35,958 bases of DNA from Eubacteriales bacterium. GTDB taxonomy: Bacteria > Bacillota > Clostridia > Oscillospirales > CAG-272. Each line of letters begins with the position of its first letter. Position 1 is the first letter of the stretch. The stretch lies in contig JAZSIJ010000010.1 in the NCBI GenBank assembly GCA_045533755.1, forward strand, positions 1-35,958. The letters run 5' to 3'. This document shows positions 7,564 to 16,049 of this stretch, one piece after another. A program made the position numbers and the translations under genes. The notes beneath the pieces were generated by a model. That model had not been told where the DNA came from and ran no database searches. It saw nothing but the letters and a program-made list of their open reading frames with translations.

Positions 7564-10238
7564 TGGGAATAAACAGAAGAGCTCCGACGAGCAAAAAAAG
7601 CGTATATACGCGCTCCTATCCGGGTTTTCTCGGAGTTGACCTCTCGGGGTCAAGCGCCTCGGCGGGAAAACGCTGTGCCTACGCCGAAAATATGTATCGC
7701 GACTACGAGGCAGGAGATACGGGAGCGCTTGAGAGCATTCCCGGCTTCAGAAAAATATTTTCGACAAGCAACAAAATAAACGGTCTCTTTCTTCAGAGAA
7801 CAGCCGACGGCGAGACCTACGTCATTTTGCAGGACGGAGTGGAGGTAAAGCGCTTCAATCCCACAGCGCCCGAGGAGATGACCCCTCTCACGATAACTCC
7901 CAGCATCAACGACAAAGAAAGCTTTTGCTTTAGCTACGGAGACTATCTCTTTCTCTCCAACGTCCCAAGCCTATACAGAATAAGCGATAGCGGCGAGATG
8001 CGCTTGGTGCAGGACACCTTAGCTAGCGCCCCCTACGTTCCGACCGTATATAAAAACGGCAGGGCATTTGAGCAAAGGAATCTTCTGACCTCGCGCTTTA
8101 TCGAGAGCGCAGAGCTTCTGCCCACCTCCGACTACGCCTACGGAACTCCGGGTCTGTTCTACAAGGTTACGAGCGTCGAGCGCCGCGAGTGCGCCGTCAC
8201 CGGCATATCCGACACGACCGCCGACGTATTCATTCCCGGACGCGCCCTGCTCGGAGAGGAATACTACACCGTTACCGAGATAGACAACTCCGCCTTTTCG
8301 GGCAACACGTCGGTAGCCTCCGTAACGATAGCCGATACCGTAAAAAGAATAGGAAACGGCGCATTCTACGCCTGCTCGGCGCTGCGGCGCGTCGCCTCGG
8401 GTGACGGTCTTCTCGAAATCGGCGACCTCGCATTTGCCGAATCGGGTCTTGGCGAAATCTATATCCCCGCAGGCTTCCTCCGCTTCGGAGATTCGGCTCT
8501 TCCCACAAACTGCAGAATTCTTTACGAGCTCGGACAGGCAGGCTTCGAGAGCATCGAGAACGCCCCCGCCCTTTCGGTTTCCTACGGAAGCCAAAACAAA
8601 TCTATAACCCTCGGCTTTAAGCTTAAAACGCCCTCACATACTATTCATTCGGTGAAAATTAACGGCTTGACGCAAAAATACACCACTCTGAGCGACGCTG
8701 ACGGTTGCGTAAGCGAAATAATAATCTCGGTAGCCGACAAGAGCAATCTGACGGGCAGCGTATTGAAGGTGCTGGCAAGCATGCGGGATTACAGCGCAGC
8801 TCCAAGCGACGAGGGCGTTGACTTTACGCTTTTTACAAAAAACAAGCTGATACAATTCCCCTCGGTGATAAGAAACTGCACCGCGGCAAAAACGATAGAC
8901 GGCAGAGTATTCGCCTGGGGACACCCACAGTTTCCCTCGGTGCTCTTCTACTCTAAGCGGGGAGCAGATTATAACTCGGCGCTCTATTTCGGCACGCTTG
9001 ACTATATTAACGAGGGCGACGGAGACAAAAGAATCGTTTCGGTGCTCGGGCTTCCCGACGGAATAGCGGTATTTACCTCTGCCAAGGACAACGCCGAATC
9101 CATCTACTTCCACACTCCCGAGGACTCGGGGGGACTGCGCGACAGGCTCTATCCCGTCTCCGAAATACATATCGGCGACGGAGCGGTGGGAGAATCGCTG
9201 AATTTTGGCGATGACCCCGTGTTCGTATCCGAAAAGGGTCTTCTCGGTATCGGTGAAAATCCGCTCTATCTTTCCAGAAGCGTCACCCAGCGCTCCTCCT
9301 CGGTGTCTCCCGCTCTCCTAGGTGAGAAGCTTTCGGCATCAAGGCTTGCGCTGTGGCGAGGATACCTCGTGCTCTCGGTCGGCGGAAAAATGTATCTTGC
9401 CGATTCGCGAAAGACCTACGAGAGTGTATTCGGAAAGGAGTACGAATGGTTTATCCTTAACGGAATAGGGACTTACAAAAACGACGAGCGCGTATACCGC
9501 TATGCGACGAGGGCTGACGACGGCTACGAGCTATCCGATACGCCCGACGCGGCTGCGGAGGGGACGGTTTACAGCGAGGACAGGGGAAGCGGGCTCGTCT
9601 ACTTCGTCTACGACGGAGATAAAAAAATTCAGGTTTATCCTACCGAGGAAATGACGGGCGGAGACTTCTATCCCGCCGAGAGACTTCTCTCCTTTGACGG
9701 ACTTCTTATGTTCTCGACGGGGTGCGGAGACCTTTGCGTATTCAATAGCGATATGCGCGGCGTACCGCCTCTGCGGATTGCATCGGCTCCGGACTTTGAC
9801 GCCGAGGAATATTCCCGGCTTTTCGGCAACCGAATACACTCGGATTTCTACGACTTTGCAGGTCACGCGGCAAGATACGCCTTGGAAACGATACCCGACG
9901 ACTGCGGGCTTCCGCATATGGCGAAGAGGACTCTCTCCGGCTCTCTGGTTATCAAGCTCAAGTGCTTTATCGGCTCAAGGGTTACCCTGAGGGCATCATA
10001 CGGAGGCGACGGCTATTTCCTTCTCGGAGAGTACGACGCGGGTGTTACCGACCTGTCCTCGCTATCATTTGACACGCTCTCCTTCACCGCCTCGGAGGAC
10101 ACCGTAATAATGCCCGACGAGAGACGCGAGAGCTGGAACGAGAAGAGCATTTCTCTCTTGTCGGAGGACTTCCGCTCACCTGTTGGTGTCTACTCTGTAA
10201 GCTATCTCTACCGAGTGACCGACAGACCTAAATCATAA
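7563..10238 (+). CDS. Tail nozzle/head stabilisation protein (P22 gp10 / T7 gp12-like) with internal BspA-type LRR module
   Basis: N-terminal GFLGVDLS...ENM...G.L...PG motif, propeller-like segments (DGRVFAWG, PVFVSEKGL), and IGNGAFYAC..L / IGDLAFAES.L repeats. Confidence 0.65.
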   Translation: MGINRRAPTSKKSVYTRSYPGFLGVDLSGSSASAGKRCAYAENMYRDYEAGDTGALESIPGFRKIFSTSNKINGLFLQRTADGETYVILQDGVEVKRFNPTAPEEMTPLTITPSINDKESFCFSYGDYLFLSNVPSLYRISDSGEMRLVQDTLASAPYVPTVYKNGRAFEQRNLLTSRFIESAELLPTSDYAYGTPGLFYKVTSVERRECAVTGISDTTADVFIPGRALLGEEYYTVTEIDNSAFSGNTSVASVTIADTVKRIGNGAFYACSALRRVASGDGLLEIGDLAFAESGLGEIYIPAGFLRFGDSALPTNCRILYELGQAGFESIENAPALSVSYGSQNKSITLGFKLKTPSHTIHSVKINGLTQKYTTLSDADGCVSEIIISVADKSNLTGSVLKVLASMRDYSAAPSDEGVDFTLFTKNKLIQFPSVIRNCTAAKTIDGRVFAWGHPQFPSVLFYSKRGADYNSALYFGTLDYINEGDGDKRIVSVLGLPDGIAVFTSAKDNAESIYFHTPEDSGGLRDRLYPVSEIHIGDGAVGESLNFGDDPVFVSEKGLLGIGENPLYLSRSVTQRSSSVSPALLGEKLSASRLALWRGYLVLSVGGKMYLADSRKTYESVFGKEYEWFILNGIGTYKNDERVYRYATRADDGYELSDTPDAAAEGTVYSEDRGSGLVYFVYDGDKKIQVYPTEEMTGGDFYPAERLLSFDGLLMFSTGCGDLCVFNSDMRGVPPLRIASAPDFDAEEYSRLFGNRIHSDFYDFAGHAARYALETIPDDCGLPHMAKRTLSGSLVIKLKCFIGSRVTLRASYGGDGYFLLGEYDAGVTDLSSLSFDTLSFTASEDTVIMPDERRESWNEKSISLLSEDFRSPVGVYSVSYLYRVTDRPKS

Positions 10239-10254
10239 TCAGAAAGGAAACGCT

Positions 10255-10623
10255 ATGAATGCAACTAAAATAACCGACGGAGAGCTTGAGGCGGCAAGGG
10301 TCGCCTCGCTCCCGACAAGGCCGACCGCCCCCACAGCCTTCGGGGGACGCGGCTACACAGCCACCGAAATGAAGGAGGCGTTTGACAAGCTCCCTTTGCT
10401 TCTCACCGAGAGATATAATCTCCTTATCGACGACGCTTTGGCGCTCGGTGAGGGCTCGCTTGCCGACTCTATGCCGACAGGACTTTCCGAGGAACACACT
10501 CTTGCCGACCTGTTCAGTGATATAGGCAACGGAAATCTCGCCTCCTACCTTAAGGTAGGCGACGCAACGCTTTATTCTATTCTTAACCGTCTTATGACGG
10601 CTGTCTTTGGGGAGGGTATATGA
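10255..10623 (+). CDS. Phage structural protein resembling a tail-fibre N-terminal attachment region
   Basis: VASLPTRP...TATEMKEAFDKL...YN.LID pattern; position after nozzle gene. Confidence 0.45.
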   Translation: MNATKITDGELEAARVASLPTRPTAPTAFGGRGYTATEMKEAFDKLPLLLTERYNLLIDDALALGEGSLADSMPTGLSEEHTLADLFSDIGNGNLASYLKVGDATLYSILNRLMTAVFGEGI

Positions 10624-11012
10624 GCAGCTTCAGATATGCACTGGCAGGCGGCTCGTACGAGCTTATCTCCTACTCCGAGGAGGGTGCGGGTGCCTCCTTC
10701 GCCTTCCCGAAGGAGACCTCGGGTGAGATTTCCATCGGCCTTCACAGCTATCCCCTCTCGCAAGGCAGGGCAAGCGTCGGAATGAAGAGCCTTGCCGACG
10801 GAGTATACACGCCCTATCTCATATCAAGAGATAAAAAGGCGGCTCTTCCCGCAATAAGAAAAAGCGGAAACAAAATTACCTTTATCGGCTACACGACCCC
10901 CGAGCTTTGCGCGAAATTCGACGAGCTGCGCAGATTGAAAAGAACCTGCCGCGAGCTTGGCGAAAAATACCGTGCACTCGAGGAATACGTATTCGGCAAG
11001 GGACTCTTTTAG
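10620..11012 (+). CDS. Hypothetical protein with C-terminal coiled coil
   Basis: ATGA overlap with upstream gene; GGAGG RBS. Confidence 0.6.
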   Translation: MSSFRYALAGGSYELISYSEEGAGASFAFPKETSGEISIGLHSYPLSQGRASVGMKSLADGVYTPYLISRDKKAALPAIRKSGNKITFIGYTTPELCAKFDELRRLKRTCRELGEKYRALEEYVFGKGLF

Positions 11013-11024
11013 AAAGGAAGAACT

Positions 11025-11633
11025 ATGAAAAGAAAATTTATCAAAAGACTTACGGCGGCATTCGCCTGCATTATTCTCGTCCTCTCGCTCTCCTGCCTCG
11101 CGGCTTCTGCCGAGGAGGTATACGATGAGCCGTACGGGGAGGATTCTGTTACAGCAGAGACCGACACCCGAGCAAACGTCTTCGAGGACGTCTTCACGGC
11201 GCTTGAGGGCGTCTCCTCCGAAATACTCTGCGCCCTTTCCTTCGCAGGCTCTCTCATCATCGCCTTCGCTTACAGGAAGGGACTTCTTCCCGCCGTCAAA
11301 AGCGGTATCAGCGCAATAGGAAGCGCTGTCGGCTCAATGAAGGAGAGCTCCGAAAGCTACACCAAGCAGGGTGAGGAGCTTCTTTCGCTGATGTCAAAGA
11401 GGCTTGAAGAGGTTGAAGCGACACTCGCCTCCTTTGAGAAGGCGGTCTCAGATATAGCCGAAAGGAGTGAGGACGGCGCCCTTGCCGCCCGCGACAGAGC
11501 CGAAATGAAGGCTCTTATGTCGGCGCAGATTGATATGCTCTACGACATCTTTATGACCTCCTCGCTTCCGCAGTATCAGAAGGATGCCGTCAGCGACAGA
11601 GTGCGCGAGATGAAAGAGGTGATGGCGGAGTGA
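11025..11633 (+). CDS. Membrane protein (signal peptide, one TM helix, coiled coil)
   Basis: Basic N-terminus plus hydrophobic signal ending AASA; TM ILCALSFAGSLIIAFAY; heptad-rich C-terminus. Confidence 0.7.
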   Translation: MKRKFIKRLTAAFACIILVLSLSCLAASAEEVYDEPYGEDSVTAETDTRANVFEDVFTALEGVSSEILCALSFAGSLIIAFAYRKGLLPAVKSGISAIGSAVGSMKESSESYTKQGEELLSLMSKRLEEVEATLASFEKAVSDIAERSEDGALAARDRAEMKALMSAQIDMLYDIFMTSSLPQYQKDAVSDRVREMKEVMAE

Positions 11634-12007
11634 CGGGTCAAGAGAAGAAAAAAGCGGTGCGGAGGATTATCCTGAGGGCTATCGGCTTTACGCTCTGCGT
11701 TTTGCCGGTTACAGCTTGTATTTTTCTCTACTTTCCAATATGGCAGGCAAGGGGCGGCGAGGTTTTGCTCTCGGGCATAGCTCTTATTCTCCTGATGCTT
11801 GCCCTTATCCCGCTTTACAAGGCTGTTAAGGAGGCACTCCGCTCGCCTGCGGCTTACACGGTATGGCTCATCACCTTTATTCTCTTCCTTCTTCTTTCGA
11901 GAATTGCCGACGAAATGGTGGTAATATCCTTCACCGGCTTCGTTGGAAACGCCCTCGGCGCTGTATGCTTTAAGCTGGCGGAGGACAAAAAGAATGAACG
12001 AGTTTGA
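11630..12007 (+). CDS. Small four-TM membrane protein (holin-like size and charge)
   Basis: Four hydrophobic stretches with basic termini; GTGA overlap with upstream gene. Confidence 0.65.
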   Translation: MTGQEKKKAVRRIILRAIGFTLCVLPVTACIFLYFPIWQARGGEVLLSGIALILLMLALIPLYKAVKEALRSPAAYTVWLITFILFLLLSRIADEMVVISFTGFVGNALGAVCFKLAEDKKNERV

Positions 12008-12836
12008 CAGCCGTCTTCTCGAACAGGGGAGCCTGTTCAAGCAGGGCTACGCCGCGCTTGCCGCCAATTTGAGCAAGGTAATAGCCGTGATAACCGCCGC
12101 CGTCGCGGTGCTGGTGACCTTCACCGAGGTCAGCTTCGCATCCTTCGGGGCGTACGACGTCACAACCACCCTCGTCGTTCTTCTCATCGCGGCATACGTA
12201 ATCTACTTCTCGCTTGAGGACGCGGGAGAAAGACAGGCTGAGGAATCGGCAGAATACTACGATGCTCTCGCCCGCCATTCAGCCCTCGCCGAGAGAATAA
12301 CGCCCGAGCTCATTCCCGCCCTGCGCGATTTCGCCCAAAAATACGCTCTCGCCGAGGCTGAATACAGACGGCGCTGTGAGCTTATGCGTCTCGGCTACGG
12401 AAGCGATGACCTTGCGGCTTACGAGCGCGGCGAGAGGTTAGGGCGCAAGGCAAGGCGCGCCCTTCTGCGCGTGGAGAGGATAAAGCCTATGCCTATCTCA
12501 GCGGGGGTGCTTCTCTCAAAGGAGCGAAGGGCGAAAAGGAGCGAGCTTTGCGACCCCGCGAGAGAAAAGCATCTGAAAATGCTGCTTCAGCTAATCCCGA
12601 CGACACTGTGTATGCTGGTCACGGTATCTATCGTGCTCAGCACAAAGGACGGTCTCGGCACGGCAGAGATATGCGAGGGCATAATGAAGCTCTCCACCCT
12701 GCCCGCCGTCGGAATACGCGGATACCTCGCCGGGCTCTCCTACACGAAGGAGACCCGCGTCGGCTGGCTTCGGGTGCGCTCAAGGCTTCTCGAGGCGTTT
12801 CTCTCGGAGATGGGCGTGCCCGCGTGTGAGCATTGA
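11994..12836 (+). CDS. Membrane protein (two TM, soluble helical domain, one or two TM)
   Basis: GGAGG RBS before ATG 11994; hydrophobic segments at both ends. Confidence 0.65.
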   Translation: MNEFDSRLLEQGSLFKQGYAALAANLSKVIAVITAAVAVLVTFTEVSFASFGAYDVTTTLVVLLIAAYVIYFSLEDAGERQAEESAEYYDALARHSALAERITPELIPALRDFAQKYALAEAEYRRRCELMRLGYGSDDLAAYERGERLGRKARRALLRVERIKPMPISAGVLLSKERRAKRSELCDPAREKHLKMLLQLIPTTLCMLVTVSIVLSTKDGLGTAEICEGIMKLSTLPAVGIRGYLAGLSYTKETRVGWLRVRSRLLEAFLSEMGVPACEH

Positions 12837-12861
12837 CATTTATCCTAAAATATGCTACAAT
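12833..12861 (+). promoter_or_regulatory. Sigma-A promoter for the helicase gene
   Basis: TTGACA (12833-12838), 17 bp, TGcTACAAT extended -10; the -35 contains the upstream TGA stop. Confidence 0.8.
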
Positions 12862-12889
12862 AAATTAACTACTAAAAGGAGGGACGGAG

Positions 12890-15283
12890 ATGGTATACGA
12901 CGAGAAGATTTCTGCTATCCGAATAAGCATACCCGAGCTTGTAAGCATAGCAAGACGCGGCGTATCCCCCTCCGTTCCCAGAGATGAGGACGAGCCAAAG
13001 GACAAGGCGCCCTCTAAAATCGAGCTTCGCGCGCTCGGAATTTCGCTCACCGAAAGGAAGATAGAGCACTCAACAGAGGCAGACGGCGACAGACTTCTGC
13101 TCTCAGGCAGGGTATCAATTGACAGAGACGGCGGTATCGTGATAGTCAGGGAGTCCGACAGAATAAGCGGCAAGCCCTCGCGCGAGCTTTCCGAAAAGAC
13201 GAGAGGCGAGGGCTTTATATACGCTTATCTTATATCGCGCGAGGACGCGCTCCCGCAAATAAAACTAACTATAGTTTACATCAACAGTATTACAGGAGAA
13301 AAAATCGAGACCTCAGAGGAGATAAGCTTTGCCACAGCCGAGCGCTTTTTTGGCAAATGCATGGCAACCGTGTCGATTTATTCGCGTCCCGAGCGTGAGC
13401 GTGTCAGTCTGAGACTTCCCACTATGCGCTCGGTTAAGTTCCCATACGAATCGGTACGCGAGGGACAGCGCGATTTCGCGAGACGCGCATACAAGGCAAT
13501 CTGCCGAGGCGGTTCACTATTCGCCCTCGCACCGACGGGCACGGGTAAAACCGTAGCGGCGCTCTTCCCTGCAGTGAGAGCGATGGGCGAGGGAAAATGC
13601 AGCAAGGTGTTCTACCTCACGCCAAAAACCACTACCGCTATGGCGGCGCGTGAATGCATTGAGCTTCTCTGTCGGTCGGGCGCTGAAATCAGAGCTACCG
13701 TGCTTTCGGCAAAGGAGCGCGTATGTAAAAACGGTCTACGCTGCCGCGACGGAAGGGACGGCTGTGAGAACGCCTGCGAAAACAGGCTGCGTGATGCAGT
13801 TCTCGAGCTCTATTCTATGAATATTACGGTCGTAACGGCGGAAAACGTGGGACCCGTGTCGAGAAAATACACCGTTTGCCCCTACGAGCTTGCCCTGACC
13901 TATGCCGAGCTTTGCGACGTCGTTATATGCGATTTCAACTATCTTTTCGACCCGAGAGTATATATTCGCCGCTTCTTTGACGAGGGGGGCGACTTTGCCT
14001 TTCTCATCGACGAGGCGCACAATCTTCCCGACAGGGCAAGAGAAATGTTCTCGGCTGAAATATCGGCAGAGGAGCTTGCCTCGCCCTCGGAATCCGAGCT
14101 TCTAGGAGAGCTCTCGCGCGTAAAAAGTCAGTCGGTTGAGGCTAGCCATGCCGTCTTTTCGCTTCTCTACCCATTCGTCAAGGACGAAATTCGCCTGACC
14201 GCCGAGGGCGAGGTCGGCGCAACTCACCTCTCCGAGCTTCCCTCCGGGCTTTACGGCATATTCGAGAGACTTCTCGCCGTCTGCGAGGAGGAGATAACCG
14301 ACACGACGAGGGCGCGCGACGAGGAGAAAAAGCCTCGCCTGCGGCTTCTGCGCGATTACTATTACAAGGTAAAGCGCGTCTACGACACGATGCTTGCCTT
14401 TGACTCGGACTATCAGCTCTTTATATTCTACGAGCACGCCGAGCTGCGCTTCAAGCTCTTCTCTATTGACACCGGCAGGCGCATATCCGAGGCTATATCA
14501 AAGGGAGGCTCTGCCGTCTTCTTCTCTGCGACGCTCTCCCCCCTTGATTACTACCGTGCAGTCCTCGGGGGCGACAGAGCCTCGGAGATTATGGAAGCCG
14601 ATTCGCCCTTTGCACCCGAGCAGCTAGCCGTCGCGGTGATGGACAGGATAAGCACGAGATACTCCGAGCGCGAGGACACTCTCACAGCGGTATGCCGCGC
14701 CATAGCGGCAACTCTGTCGGCAAAGCGCGGAAATTATATAGTTTTCTCGCCTTCCTTTGCCTACTCCGAGGCACTTGCGGGTATATTTAAGTCGAAATAT
14801 CCTCACCTGAAGGCTCTCGTTCAAGGAAAAAACATGTCGGCAAGAGAAAAAGCCGAGTTCCTCGCCGCTTTCCATGAAAAAAACGGCTCCTATCTCGTTG
14901 CATTCTGCGTTATGGGCGGCATCTTTGCCGAGGGAATTGACCTTGTCGGCGAGTCGCTTATCGGCGCTGTCGTCGTCGGAATAGGCCTGCCGCAGCTCTC
15001 CTACGAGCGCGAGGCTATCGCCGCATATTTTGACGAGCGATATGAAAAGGGCAAGGAGTTTGCCTATATCTACCCCGGCATGAACCGAGTTCTTCAGGCG
15101 GCAGGGCGTGTCATCAGACGCGAGGACGACCGGGGCGTTATAGTCCTCATAGACGACCGCTTCGACGACCCGATATACAAAAAAAGCCTCCCTAAGCTCT
15201 GGCGCGGAATAAAATTCATATCCGACCCGAAGGAGCTCAAGACGGCTCTCGAGGACTTCTGGCGCGAGACGAAGTCCGACTAG
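12890..15283 (+). CDS. ATP-dependent DNA helicase, DinG/Rad3 (XPD) family with Fe-S cluster
   Basis: Q motif REGQ, Walker A APTGTGKT, Cys cluster C..C..CPYE, LIDEAHN, FSATL, FAEGID, QAAGRVIR. Confidence 0.92.
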   Translation: MVYDEKISAIRISIPELVSIARRGVSPSVPRDEDEPKDKAPSKIELRALGISLTERKIEHSTEADGDRLLLSGRVSIDRDGGIVIVRESDRISGKPSRELSEKTRGEGFIYAYLISREDALPQIKLTIVYINSITGEKIETSEEISFATAERFFGKCMATVSIYSRPERERVSLRLPTMRSVKFPYESVREGQRDFARRAYKAICRGGSLFALAPTGTGKTVAALFPAVRAMGEGKCSKVFYLTPKTTTAMAARECIELLCRSGAEIRATVLSAKERVCKNGLRCRDGRDGCENACENRLRDAVLELYSMNITVVTAENVGPVSRKYTVCPYELALTYAELCDVVICDFNYLFDPRVYIRRFFDEGGDFAFLIDEAHNLPDRAREMFSAEISAEELASPSESELLGELSRVKSQSVEASHAVFSLLYPFVKDEIRLTAEGEVGATHLSELPSGLYGIFERLLAVCEEEITDTTRARDEEKKPRLRLLRDYYYKVKRVYDTMLAFDSDYQLFIFYEHAELRFKLFSIDTGRRISEAISKGGSAVFFSATLSPLDYYRAVLGGDRASEIMEADSPFAPEQLAVAVMDRISTRYSEREDTLTAVCRAIAATLSAKRGNYIVFSPSFAYSEALAGIFKSKYPHLKALVQGKNMSAREKAEFLAAFHEKNGSYLVAFCVMGGIFAEGIDLVGESLIGAVVVGIGLPQLSYEREAIAAYFDERYEKGKEFAYIYPGMNRVLQAAGRVIRREDDRGVIVLIDDRFDDPIYKKSLPKLWRGIKFISDPKELKTALEDFWRETKSD

Positions 15284-15356
15284 GCAAGAGTGATAAGAGC
15301 CGAAAGCGCTGAAAATTCAGGCTTTAGAGCGAGTTTGGATCATTCTCTCTTGCCTA
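15281..15356. repeat. Dispersed hairpin repeat (REP/MITE-like), copy 1
   Basis: Terminal inverted repeat TAGGCAAGAG...CTCTTGCCTA; near-identical to 35742-35813. Confidence 0.8.
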
Positions 15357-15385
15357 AAAAAAGACAGATAGATTGGAGCTTTAAA

Positions 15386-15676
15386 ATGAAAACTCTTATG
15401 CTGATTTGCGAAATAATCATAGGTCTGGTGGGAGTATTCACCATAATCACCGGAAGGGACACCCACGACAGAATGCACGGAATCTTCGTCGTTCTGCTCT
15501 GCTTTTGCGGGCTCTGCGACCACTTCTTCTCGCACTTTGACGTAGTGAGTGAAATAATGCTCGGCATAACCGCCGTGTACGGACTGTTCTTCATTATTTT
15601 CTTCTCGGCGAAGGACGTCCACGAGCGCGCCCTAAAGCTGAAGGAGCAATTCAAGGGCGGAAAGGATAAGGAATAG
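15386..15676 (+). CDS. Small membrane protein (about three TM)
   Basis: GGAG RBS before ATG 15386; hydrophobic segments and a charged tail. Confidence 0.7.
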   Translation: MKTLMLICEIIIGLVGVFTIITGRDTHDRMHGIFVVLLCFCGLCDHFFSHFDVVSEIMLGITAVYGLFFIIFFSAKDVHERALKLKEQFKGGKDKE

Positions 15677-15683
15677 GTAAAGC

Positions 15684-16006
15684 GACGCAGGATACCGCCG
15701 AAGGCGGTTACGCATACCGCGTAAGCGGTATCTTGCCCGGCGAGGAGATGAAAGCCTCAAGAAAAACAAAGCGGAACAATCACCAAAAACTACACCCCGA
15801 GCGGCAATACCCCTGCGACATTCGTCGCCGGGTAGATTCCTCGTACGGGAATTTGCTCCGCCCTGCAAGGCTTCCGACACGGAAGCGGCGGAGCAATGTT
15901 TCGAACCCAATTCGCGCGTTTTATTTCAATTCTTGCCTTTGATAGACAAAGCTAAAACACTAGCTTTCCGTTCGCGCGAGTGGGTTCGAAAGCGTACGGG
16001 CCACCA
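15684..16006. repeat. Multi-hairpin cluster ending in an inverted partial copy of the tRNA-Glu 3' end
   Basis: CCGCC-GAA-GGCGG, TTGCTCCGCC...GGCGGAGCAA, TTTCGAACCCA (15899) / TGGGTTCGAAA (15981); 15981-16006 resembles the tRNA-Glu T-arm and acceptor. Confidence 0.65.
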
Positions 16007-16010
16007 TAGA

Positions 16011-16049
16011 ATAGAAAAATGGACACCGTGATTGGTGTCCATTTTCTAT
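16011..16049. terminator. Bidirectional terminator hairpin (original tRNA-Glu downstream terminator)
   Basis: AAAATGGACACC-GTGATT-GGTGTCCATTTT. Confidence 0.75.

Larger units (their letters stand above)
1128..12836 (+). other. Podovirus-like virion morphogenesis operon (cryptic prophage or GTA-like)
   Basis: Order terS-terL-portal-small protein-scaffold-decoration-capsid-adaptor-nozzle-fibre stub-membrane proteins, with many overlapping start/stop codons; no integrase, replication, tape-measure or lysin gene recognised. Confidence 0.75.

Noticed and set aside
7563-11012. Diversity-generating retroelement acting on tail genes
   Set aside because: No reverse transcriptase and no template/variable repeat pair seen in the window
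1442-12836. Whole-element TAG recoding (alternative genetic code)
   Set aside because: Only one internal TAG, at a Trp rather than Gln position; TAG serves as a normal stop at 11010-11012 and 15281-15283
12890-15283. CasDinG / type IV CRISPR helicase
   Set aside because: No cas genes or array; own housekeeping promoter; ordinary Rad3-like architecture
15981-16006. Third tRNA gene
   Set aside because: Only a degenerate T-arm/acceptor fragment; no D-arm or anticodon arm
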